From NCBI GenBank assembly GCA_031835245.2, contig JAVKOQ020000046.1, positions 236,336 through 256,335 on the forward strand: DNA of 20,000 bases. Reading direction: 5' to 3'. The notes below the pieces were generated by a model that was given only the letters and a program-made list of their open reading frames with translations, ran no database searches and was not told the DNA's origin. The stretch is from Balamuthia mandrillaris. Lineage: Eukaryota. Of the stretch, positions 9,844 through 20,000 are shown in pieces (positions within the stretch are counted from its first letter, which is position 1; each line of letters opens with the position of its first letter). Both the position numbers and the translations under genes were made by a program.

Positions 9844-10584
9844 TCATTTGTGTTTAACTTGGTCACCATCATCTTTGACTTCGACGTAACTGGAAGGAAA
9901 GAGCCCCACTTTGCCGTTCAGCTCGCCTTGCCACCACGCGGCCAGGTCTTCGCACTCCACCAGCTTTATCACGTCTCCCGTTTTGAAGGGCAACTCATCC
10001 TCGGTCTCCGCCGCAAAGTCATACAATGCCACGGCATAGTACCCTCCTCCCCCGTCTTCTTTTGCTTCATCTTTGTCATCTTCCTCCTCCTCCTCCTGTT
10101 CCTCTTCTTCCTCCTTCTCCCCCGCGTTTCCCTTGGTAAAGCTCTTCATACGCACAAAACTAGCAGGAAAGATGCCCTGCTTCCCTTCACACTCTCCCTT
10201 CCACCACTCTTCGCCCTCTTTGGCCTCCACCAAACGGACCTCCTGACCGACCTGCAAGGAAAGCTCCTCTGGGCCGGCCGCCTCAAAGTCGAACACGACG
10301 CTTGCCAGCAAAATCTCTGCTCCAGCTTCGCCCTTGTCCTCTGAAGGGGCTGATGCTATCCCCTCTCCCTCTTCTTTCTTGGGTTTTTGGTGGGCTGCGG
10401 GAGGAGAGACGTAGGAGGCAGGGAAGAGACCACGTTCGCCCTCGCACTCGCCGGACCACCACTCCTCGTTGGGAGTGCTTTCGAGGCGCAAGCACTGCCC
10501 TGCCTTTAACGACAGCTCTTCATCGCAAGTGGCCTCAAAGTTATAAAGTGCCGTCACTATGATTTGGTTTGTATGCTGGTTAGC

Positions 10585-10623
<39 letters not shown>

Positions 10624-12056
10624 GTGAGTGAGTGAGTGAGTGAGAGAAGAGTGCCTCTGTCAGGGAACAGTTCAGCATTGATGGCAATCAGCCTTTTAAG
10701 CTTCTCATCTTTTGCTTCTCGCAGCTGTACAATCTTAGCACGAAGGGCTTGCAGCTCGTCCTGGGCAACCTTCTGCGGTTTAGGGTCAGGGTCGGAACGC
10801 AAATAGAACTGCACCAGTTTTTCCAAGCCGTGCTCCGACTTGAGTTGCAGGGTGAGCTGCTCCTCCAAGAGCTGCACTTCGTCCATCAGTTGGAGTCTGT
10901 CTCTCTTCAGGATGCGCGAGGCGTTGTTCCTTTCTTGTACTCTGTGTTCCCCTTCGCTGCCTCTCCCTTTCTCTTCACTGACTTTGCGAAGCCTCTTCAA
11001 TCGTTTTTGATAGCCCGCTCTTCTTTGGTTGAGCTCTTCCACCTCTTCCTCCTTCACCTGAAGGTCTTTATTGTACTGCTTTTGGGCTTGTGGATCTGCC
11101 TTGTAGAAATCGACCAGCCTCACTAGAGCCTCCACCATAAGTATCTCTTTGCGAATGACCCTCTCCAATGACTTCATCCTCTCCTTGAGCTGCTCCTCCG
11201 TCAGCTCGCTCTCGCTGGTTGCCTCTCTTCTTACCTCGGTGCTCTTTCTTCTACCACGCTTCTTTCTGTCCTCTTCGACGAATCTCTTCAACTCTTCGTG
11301 ACTCATTTCTTCTACCGATTTAATGCCAGCCTCTGAAGAGGCTTCATGATGGCGTGGTCGAGAACGAGAAGTACTCCCATCAACAGCAGCAGATGAGCTC
11401 TTTGCGCTGCCTCTGGGCTTTCGACGGTCATGTTGTTTAGTTCTAGGTGCTGAGGAAGAAGACGAGGAGGTGGAAGAAGCAGGGGTGCCTCCTTTTGAGG
11501 TGCTCCTTCGTTTTTCGGTGGGCATGGGGTCTCGCGAGGGTCTGTGAGGGCGTGGGTCGCCTTTCTTCTCCTTTTTATTAGATAATGAGGCGGACAGGTG
11601 CTGGTAGCTTCGCAGAAGTTCATCCTTTTTGGTTTATGAATAACCGTAAGTAAACGGCAGATACCAGAGATAGCAGAGAAAGAGCTTCTTGTTCACCTTT
11701 GTTTTTTCTAATTCTTGTTTTAGCTCGCTGTTTTTCTTTCGCAGGCGTTTAATTTTCTCTTCAAGCTTCGCGATGAGTTCCTCTTGTTGTGCTGGTGACC
11801 TTCCACCTTCTCCTGGAGCACTTCTGGGAGTTCGTATCTTTCTTGGGGAAGAGGGATGTCTGGAGGAAGCAGTGGACCTTGCGTCATTGTCCTGGAGGCT
11901 CTGCAGATCAGGAGCGGAAACAAAGAGCAGACTCCCACCGCCTTCTGCATCGAGGCGTGACAGCATGCGAGGCGTTCTTCTAGGGGTAGATACATCACTG
12001 GTGTTGGGAGCCTCGCTCGGCGCAGCTTCTCCTCCGACTGCTTGGCTCTCGTTCAT
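9844..12056 (-). CDS. Adaptor protein with a coiled coil, two HR1-like repeats and three C-terminal SH3 domains; exons 12056-11697, 11624-10655, 10556-9844
   Basis: Three SH3 motifs (ALYNF..EELSL..WW.G..GLFPASYV, VFDF..GIFPASFV, ALYDF..GLFPSSYV). Two HR1-like segments (EALVRLVDFYKADPQAQKQ, HGLEKLVQFYLRSDPDP). Confidence 0.85.
10588..10646. repeat. Compound microsatellite (GA)n(GTGA)n in an intron
   Basis: Read directly. Confidence 0.9.
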
Positions 12057-12273
12057 CTCACGTTTCTTCAGCTATTAACACCGCCAACAACTTGACCGTA
12101 TTTGCTGCGTGCTAATTCTCTCTCTGTTCACACCACCAAAAAAAAAAATGCGCGAAGCGGTGCTGTCGACGAAAATGATCTAAAATGGAATGTCGGCAAA
12201 ATCTTGTGGTATTTCAAGACGACACGAGATGCCGCCTTTATCTTCTGCAAAAAACAACGCGACGACGGACTGC

Positions 12274-13214
12274 ATGGGAGATCACCACCACCATGGAGGA
12301 GCTTGCGCTCATGAGCACAACCATGAGCCAGAGTTGGAAAGAGGCGAAGAGTACTCGTTGTACAAGTAAGATCTTAGTCTCTGTCTCTCTCTCTCTCTCT
12401 CTCCCTGTTGTTGCTTGTTTCAATCGCTCTCTCGAGCTGAACTCTGTCGCTTGCTCCATCCACCAACGTGGGCTTTTGGAAATAAAAAAAACAGGTACAT
12501 TGACACGACTGGTGTTCGATGTTTGAACGAGCAAGAAGCGGGCTCCATCGTCCAAATATTCAAACCTTGGGACCAGAGATTACAGACTGAAGACGTGAGT
12601 CTCCCTTACACTCACGCTCACACTCAACACACACACACTCTCTCTCTCTTGAACTCTCCGTGGCTCTTGCCTTTCTCATCTCGTTTCTCTTTTCTCAATT
12701 CCCCTCTCTTCTTGACACGAAAATACTAACTTTAAAAAAGAAAGTGGAAAGTGATGCTGACGAGCAACTGATCATCCATATACCGTACGTTGCTCACGTT
12801 GTTTGGAATGTGTCGTTTTGCAAAAAGTTCTCATCTAACTCTGAACAGTTTCACAGCTTCCATCAAGCTGAAAGCTATTTGTGTCATCGGAGGAAACAAT
12901 GGCCAAAGTCCTTCCAAAATGAAAGCGTACGTTGTTGATTGAAGACAAAGCCAGGTCCCTTCTGTCTTTCTTTTGACTCCTTCCTTTCCACACAATGATG
13001 GATTTTTTTAACTCGCTCTGAAAACCAAATGCACAAACAACGCTGAACAGATGGATCAACCGTGACGACATCGACTTTGCAAACGCGGAGGAGGTAAAGC
13101 CCGCACAAGAATGGGAGTTGCATGAAAATATGAATGGCGAGATAGAGTATCCTACAAGGTTTACACTGTTATTATCTTTTGATAGGAGAAAGGAGAGTAG
13201 AATAGGACGAGGAG

Positions 13215-13257
<43 letters not shown>

Positions 13258-13500
13258 CAAGAGATCGCTGCTAACATATTATTATATAGGATAACCAAGT
13301 TCCAAAACGTAACCTCTTTGACGCTGTTCTTTTCAGAGAACTTTGGGGCGGATACCACCATCCTCTACTATGTGGGCCTCAAAGGCGACTACCAGAAGCT
13401 CAGCCGCCAACCAGTGAACGTGGTCTACGAGGCCTCTCCTCAACTAAAAGACCACAAGCTGCCCTCTGAAGGCAACCAACTCTCACGCCAAATTCAATAA
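12274..13500 (+). CDS. PITHD1: PITH domain-containing protein 1; exons 12274-12365, 12495-12594, 12741-12784, 12849-12925, 13051-13158, 13290-13500
   Basis: His-rich N-terminus MGDHHHHGGACAHEH, then YSLYKYID..VRCLNE, IFKPWDQR, VESDADEQLIIHIPFT..IKLKAI, NRDDIDF, KFQNVTSLTLFF..NFG..T.LYYVGLKG and VYEASPQLKDHK. Confidence 0.93.
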
Positions 13501-13584
13501 CCACTTTCACGGCTTCCATCAAGCTGATAAGTCACATGCGCTCATCTTTGTTTTCTTTGTTTGTTTTTTAATTTTTTTTTGAAT

Positions 13585-13960
13585 GTAGCTGCCTAACGGG
13601 TCCCCAGACAAGCGGTAAAGAAGGCTTGGAAGATCTTGTAAACAGGCCGAGTAATTTTTATCTCTCTGTATGCTTCAGGTAGCTCTTCCTGGAGGGCGAA
13701 AGAAAACAAAAAAAAAAAGCTTTTTCTTTGCGTCCCGCACCCTCTGCAACCCCCTTTAACTATACAGATTTCAACTTTTCGATAAAGTCGGGGGTTGGCC
13801 GTTTTTGCCGTTTTATACAAATTTGAATCGGACCTTTGGATTATGGGTTAGGGTCTATTTTTTTTTTTTTTGGGGGGTGTGCTGAGAAAAAAAAGAAAAG
13901 AAAGACAAGAAGAAGCAAAAAACAAACCCCTTTCGCGCTCCGCGGCCAGGCTTTTATCTC
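13585..13960 (-). ncRNA. Candidate spliced non-coding RNA divergent from the DUF2009 gene; contains ACCCUAACCC and a structured stem-loop
   Basis: Minus-strand TATAAG at 13986-13981 and two plausible GT-AG introns (13927-13855, 13740-13689). There is no ATG in the predicted exons. An 8-bp perfect stem pairs 13747-13754 with 13790-13797. Confidence 0.3.
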
Positions 13961-14050
13961 CCTTTGCAACAGAAGGGGTGCTTATATTTCTCAGTTTTTG
14001 TTAAAAAAATACTGTCTATAATCCATTGCGCATCGCAAGGTCTTCGAAAC

Positions 14051-16385
14051 ATGTACTTCTACTACAATCGCATGTACCCCTCCGACTCGAGCTCCTCCTC
14101 GGACGAAGAGGACAGCCCCCCGAGGAGCGGGGATGAGGGTGAGGACGAAGAGGAGGACAGCGCGCCAAAGAGCAAGCAAGCCGCCATTCTCACGGACATT
14201 CTGACCAACGAGGACGCGCCGCTCTCCGTTCGGTTGCGAGAAATCGTGGACGAAGAGGACGAAGACGAAGCAGAAGGAGAGAAAGGAGAAACTCCCTCTT
14301 CTTCCTCTTCGAGCAGGCATGACGACGCCAAAATGTGTGTAGAGTGTGAGGATCAGCCCGCTGACGTTTACTGCCAAAACTGCGAGGACCTGTACTGCGA
14401 GGTTTGCTGGCACGCACAACATCGGAGAGGCAAACGGGCCAAGCATTCCACGCAACCGCTTCAACAGAAAACCTCAAACATGGATTCTGTTTCTGCTTCC
14501 TCTTCTTCTTCCTCCTCCTCCGCCTCCTCTTCAGCAACGACACAACACTCCGAAATGGATGGCGAAGAAAGAGAAGAGGAGGAAGAGGAGCAACGAAGGA
14601 AGGAACGGCGGTTGTCCCCTGTGAAGGACGTCTTTGCGGAAGAAGATACATCGATGGACGCTTCTTCTGCATCACAAACACAACAGGAACGACGAGAGGA
14701 CATTGCTGCTTACTTCATGGAACGGACAAAGTACATTCCGGTGCGGCTCAGCCTCAAAGAGAGGAAAATGCTGCGACTGTTAGAGGCCGCTCTGAACGTG
14801 AGCGAGTACACCGACAAGATCGACATCATCTCCGCCCGCAACAAGGCGCAGAGGATACAGACGCAGATCAAGGACATTTGCGCCATTCTCACTGGCTTGT
14901 TGGTGGCCAGCGACTATCGCAAAGGACAAAAGCTAGTCAAGCAACCTTCTTTCAAAGAGAATGCTGAGTTCTTCCAGAACGTATTCGAGGTTGGACGAAG
15001 ACACAAGATCATGAATCCAGGTTTCTCCCTTTCTTTCTCTTCTTTCTCCTTCCGTTTTCTCTTTTGTAGCTTATTTTCGTTTCTCCCTGCCACACTTTTG
15101 TTTGTACCTTACAGAGAAAATGAGAACAGAGTATGGTAAGCTTGTTTATCTGCTGCAGGACTCAGTCTCTCCAGTTATCCAAGAAATGCTGGAGTTCTCC
15201 TGCGTAAAGCCCATTACCACTGTTTATTCCTTCTTGGAGCAACACGGGGCCATCGCCGTTCTTCAGGATCCCAACGTGTTAACCGCTACCATGGAAATCC
15301 ATGCGGAGGGCAAGCCCCGCTATCAAGTCCAACGAGAGATCAAGAGCAAGGAGAGAGCCATCGAGTACCTCAGTAAGCGCTACGAAAGTACTCGCATCAG
15401 TGCAGACGAAATCAAGCTCTGCCTTTACTCCATTGGTGACAACCACAGCTTTCTGCGTTCCAACAGAGATCCCATAGATAAGATGATCCGCTATCTGACC
15501 ACTCTCTTCCATTCCGATCGCATTGAAGAACCTTTCTCCCTCGCCATTCGTGGAGGTAGAGGCGGAGCAAGGCTTACTCATGACCACAAAAGACAGTATC
15601 ACTATGCCCTTCAGTCCCTTACTCTCTGGAGAGAGATCACTCACGATATGTTCAAGCTGTGGTACCTAGCCGAGTCGGACCTTTTGGATGAACAAAGTCC
15701 TTATCGTCTCAGGTATCCCTTTTCTACTATATTGTTCATATTATGAGAGCGAGAGAGAGAGAGAGAGAGAAGCTGACCGGACGGCCTTTGTGCTTTTTTC
15801 TTACATAACGATCTAGGGACACCGGGCAGGGTCTGAACCGTGTGCAACGAGCACCAAGGATAAGCAAGACCATGCATACTATCCTCCACCAAACTCAATG
15901 CAAGCTGGGCAACTGGGTGGGCTCTAGTGTCATCCATTTGGGCGACCACAACGTGCCCAACGCATTGATGTTCATTGACAAGTACACACAGGTGGCCCGC
16001 ATCTTGAACCCCATTGTTCATACCATAGAAGAGCTGGACAGATTGGACAGGGATCCACACTTGAGGGCCTACATCAAGTCTACTTTTGGAGGCACAGAAG
16101 CTGTGGCCAAGTTGATCCTTACCGACTTTTTCCGCCATGCCTTTGATGGTTTGTCGCCTCTCTTCTCCCCTCGATCCTCTTCTCTGCTCTCTCTCTCTCT
16201 CTCTCTCTCTGCTGACTTTAGCATTCGAAGGTTCTGGGGCAGACAACTTCTTTGATGCTGGTTCTTGCATTGACGGCAGATTGACAAGCGCATGGAACTG
16301 GTGCTCTCAAATCGAGAAGAAGAGCTACTTTCCCATCTTCAAGCTCGCTGGCTTTGTTGGCTTTGACGGAGACTTCCAAAAGTGA
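14051..16385 (+). CDS. B-box zinc finger + DUF2009/UPF0652-family protein; exons 14051-15020, 15115-15712, 15817-16148, 16231-16385
   Basis: B-box CVECED..C..C...YC..C...H.RG.RAKH. Family motifs: YIPVRL...ERK.LRLLEAALNVSEYTDKID, EVGRRHKIMNPEKMR..YGKL, GARLTHDH..QY, WVGSSVIHLGDHNVPNALMFIDKY and FDGSGADNFFDAGSCIDGRLTSAWNWC. Confidence 0.88.
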
Positions 16386-16591
16386 ATTTTTGAACACGCG
16401 ATTATCGATAATTTTTTGTTTGCGAATATCGATGTTTGAGGGGTCATTTAGGTTTTTTTTTGAAAAAAAAGAAACGGAAGAAAAGAAAAGAAAAGAAAAG
16501 AGTGAAAGTGATAGAGAGAGAGCAAAAAACAAAACAAGAGCGGCAGACAAAAAAAAAAACAAGCAAGAAAGCAAAGACAAGGGAAACAAAG

Positions 16592-17072
16592 ATGTCAGAG
16601 GAAGGAGCGCTCTATGTGGGTCGAATTTCTCCCCGCGTGGTCGGAAAAGACCTGGAAGCTATGTTCAAAAAATTCGGCAGTCTGCTGCGTTGGGATTTTA
16701 GGGGCAGTTATGCCTTTGTTACTTTGCCAACGAGACGCGATGCGGAGGACGCCATTAGAGCCTTGGATGGGATGGAGCTTCTCGGGACGAGGCTGCGAGT
16801 GGAGTACACGAACGCCTCTCGTCGTGGCTTAGATAGGCCTCGTCCCGGATCAGATAGGCCTCGTCCCGGCGAAGGCCGTTGTTTTCGATGTGGTCGCGAA
16901 GGGCACTGGTTTGTTATTCTGCCTTTTTTTTTTCTTTGTCCATGTTTACCGTCTTCTCGCAAACTCTTCCTGTGGCGTCAACGTTTTTACTTAAAACCGA
17001 TCTCATTCAGGTCTCGCGAGTGTCCTGAAAAACGGAGGGATGAAGACAGGTAAGGCAACGCTCTATTTATCT

Positions 17073-17114
<42 letters not shown>

Positions 17115-17677
17115 ATTTGTCCTAATGATATGATTGTTGCTTGTAAAGAAGAAGATATGCTTCGGATCGTCACCGCTACAGCCCCTACACATATCGTCCC
17201 TCGAGTCGTGAAAGAGACAGAGATAGGGATAGGGACAGGGAAAGGGACAGAGACAGGGAAAGGGAAAGGGGCAGAGATAGGGAAAGAGAAAGGGAAAGGG
17301 GCAGAGATAGGGAAAGGGATAGAGATAGAGAGCGAGACAGAGAAGGGGAAAAGGACAGAGATAAGGATAGAGAGCGTGACAGGGAGAAGGAGCGAGACAG
17401 GGAAGGGGGACATCAGCGAGTACGAGAGAGAGCGAGCAGGTCAGACAGAGATCGGTATGTCCCTACTTTCATTCTGCGCATCTTCCCTGGTCTCTTGTTA
17501 CTCCGCTGACAGATTGTTGTTGCTTTTAGAAGAAGCTCAGAAGAAGAAGAAGAAGAAGAAGAAGACATAAGGAAGGATCGCCATGAAAGCGAGGACAGAC
17601 TACAGGAAGAGGACGCTAGCGACCACAAGGCAGGAAGCGGGGCCGAAGAGGCTGCATCCGATGATGACCGACTGTAG
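16592..17677 (+). CDS. SR-like splicing factor: RRM, CCHC zinc knuckle and RD/RE dipeptide-repeat tail (SRSF7/RSZ-like architecture); exons 16592-16908, 17011-17049, 17149-17454, 17530-17677
   Basis: RNP2 LYVGRI, RNP1 RGSYAFV, DAEDAIRALDG and CFRCGREGHWSRECP, followed by RERDRDRDRDRE... repeats. Confidence 0.85.
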
Positions 17678-17877
17678 TCATAAAATGGTGATATGGTGAT
17701 TTGTTTTTGCATTCGACTTCAGTCGCAGGTCTTGTCTGCATCCTTTCGAGAGAGAGAGAGAGGAGCAGGTGATTTAGTTACCTAATAGATTGGACGTGAA
17801 AGGGGGAATCAAGGTACTAGTAGAGTGAGCCGTTGAAACGTTTGTTGAAAAACCAACAAACCAACAAACAAAGACGG

Positions 17878-19699
17878 ATGCAACCAACGAGCGCGGGCGA
17901 AGAAGGCTTGACTACACGAGCGGGACCCAGGCGGCGTGGTCATCCCAACAAACTTCCTTCATCTCTTTCATATGTTTCCTTGTCGGTGATCGTTTTATCA
18001 TTGCTGCTGCTTTTGTTCGCTTTTACCTCGCTGCCCAGTTCCTGCTACTCGACCCTACTGTCTTTTTTTCCTGCACCCGCTCCTGCTCCCTCCCACCCGA
18101 CCCCTCCTCCAACATCCATTCTATCACCAACTCCTTCCCTAAATCATCCAGGCGCCAAGCCTTCGTCCACCCGCCTCGTGGTTAACGAGGACGAGTACGT
18201 CTTTGTGTCTTTTGATGCAGGGGCCACCATCTCTTATGAGGTAAAAGTGCTGAGTGGACCCAACGTGGACATCCTCCTATTATCCGAAGACAACTTTGCA
18301 CGCTTTACAAAGAACTCGTGGTTTACGCCTTGGAAGTTCGTAGATGAGGGCTCGAAGCAAAACACACGAACTTTTCGAGGTTTGCTTTCACTTGTGGTTA
18401 TGGTTGTGGCTTAATTCTTTCTCTGTGAGGGTAGCCGCAATGTCACTACCACCAACAGACTCCAAGTTCTTTTTGGTGATAGACAACAGAGGCGGAGGTT
18501 GGAGCATTGGCAACCAAGCTTCAGGTAAAAATCACTAAACTATACTCATGCACGTCCCAAAGAGCTAATCTTATGGCACCATCTTTAGTGGTTGATCTGA
18601 GCTTCGACTCATCCAGAAACTCTGCCATTAGAACTATGCCTCTCCTTCGGTGGACCTTGTTGTTGTTCCTGGCAGCTATGCCAGCGTTACCCCTGTTACG
18701 CCACTACCACTCTCTTCTTTGCAACACAGTACCTCCACTTGTGCACTTTTTTCCTTCTTTGCTATTGAGCATGTTGGTTATAGTGGTAGTTCCTATTAAG
18801 GGCATCCAAAATGGATTGTCCCGGTTTGTGCATTATGCCCTTCATTCCTTTGCTCCAAATGTGTATCTTCTCTCGTTTTTTGAAGCCTTATTTGTGGTTA
18901 CATTTCTCATCTATCTTCTCCCTTCTCTCACTTGCTTTATGCCTCACATTCTATCAAATGTTTTTGTAGATATCAATTCCAGAGGAAGGCATAAAGTGGA
19001 TTCTCTTTTTGTTGTTATCTGGTTATCTTCCATTACCTTTAAAAAAATTAATACCCTTTAATGGTTGGCAAGAACAAAATGGAAATAGACAACAGTCAAA
19101 TGAGAATTATTATTCATTTTTCCAAACTCTATTGTTGCCTCAACATGATGTTCATCACTCTCATCAAGGAATATTTCTTTTACTTGGAGCAGTTGTGGCA
19201 ATTGCTTTTGCTATTGTTGAAAACTTTTATTATGGCTTTAGCACTGGTTAGTGTTAAAACAACTGTTTCAGTTGTTTTATTTTTTTATTATTATTATTAA
19301 TATTATATTGCCTAGATTTAACAACATCATCTGGCTTTGATACTTTGTTTATTCGTGCCTTGAGTTCTATTCCTTCTCATGTGGTGACAGGTATTTTAAT
19401 GGGAGGTATATTAAGCCATACTCAGTCTTTATGGGCATACACTTGCTCTTTCTTCTTTCCAGTGCTTTTACATGGTCTTTATGATTATCCTCTCATGCTA
19501 TCTGAATTAGGTAACTCCTTTAACATTTATTTTCAAAGTTGTTTCTTATTTTTGCTTTACTTTTTTAGGATTATGTGATACTGATATATTAGCTATATAC
19601 TTATTATTGTTATTATACTTTGAAGATGCTATTGCTCATCATTTCTTTTTAAAGCATTTTTCTATTATAACTACTTTTATTCCTATTCATCAGGATTAG
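17878..19699 (+). CDS. prsW: PrsW-family (M82) glutamic intramembrane protease with an N-terminal TM/signal segment, Pro-rich stalk and soluble domain; exons 17878-18379, 18435-18524, 18589-18896, 18970-19246, 19316-19510, 19569-19699
   Basis: After splicing, all four PrsW motifs appear in order within hydrophobic helices: PEEGIK (EExxK), FAIVEN (FxxxEN), RALSSIPSH and PVLLHGLYD. Confidence 0.8.
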
Positions 19700-20000
19700 T
19701 AAATAAATAAATACTAATTTGAAAAATACATCACAGTTAACAGCAACAAACTTTTGCTTTCAAAAAATTACGTTTTATTTTTATTCCTTCAAGTAGTACT
19801 TAAATGAAAAATATGTATTCACAAAAATCAACAATAGCTGTTGGTATCATTATCACTTATTTAAAGACTTCTTATGTGTAATGTCTTTTTTTAAAATCAC
19901 TAAAACATAAATAAAATAAAATCAAAGATAAAAGTGTAATGCTGTTTATTGGACAGAATGAATAAGATGGACTCTTAGAGTCAAAACATATTATTTAATA

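Noticed and set aside
10778..10795. TTTAGGGTCAGGGTC telomere-like sequence
   Set aside because: It lies in coding sequence (PDPKP on the minus strand) and is explained by codons.
12057..12273. Both divergent gene pairs have a 217-bp ATG-to-ATG gap (2456-2672 and 12057-12273)
   Set aside because: The two gaps share no evident sequence and the start codons are only predicted, so this is most likely coincidence in a compact genome.
13593..13820. 75-aa minus-strand ORF
   Set aside because: It has a non-ATG start, crosses an intron-like T tract and shows no recognisable motif.
1..20000. CRISPR array, tRNA, rRNA, transposon or functional gene cluster
   Set aside because: No repeat-spacer pattern, cloverleaf, transposase/RT motif or terminal repeats were seen. 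The neighbouring genes are functionally unrelated. The APE is a cellular ExoIII type with no RT, so it is not a LINE endonuclease.

Overview
Gene-dense, intron-rich eukaryotic DNA from a protist. Short GT-AG introns, many with (CT)n tracts, are compatible with an amoebozoan, but the taxon is an inference. Most ORF-track entries are exon fragments or shadows. Manual splicing gives, in order: the 3' end of a SAPS/PP6 regulatory subunit (+); an ARM-repeat protein (-); a small protein with a mitochondrial-presequence-like N-terminus and alternative last exons, which can also splice in frame into an ExoIII/APE1 endonuclease (+); an mRNA capping enzyme with a degenerate Cet1/CYTH-type triphosphatase domain fused to an intact guanylyltransferase (+); a 2xHR1-3xSH3 adaptor (-); PITHD1 (+); a B-box + DUF2009/UPF0652 protein (+); an RRM-zinc-knuckle SR-like protein (+); and an intron-containing PrsW-family protease (+) running into AT-rich DNA. 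The best leads are the pseudo-triphosphatase capping fusion, the multi-acceptor microprotein/APE locus, an ATG-free minus-strand candidate ncRNA carrying a telomere-template-like ACCCUAACCC, and the eukaryotic PrsW. All exon structures were predicted by eye and need RNA-seq confirmation.
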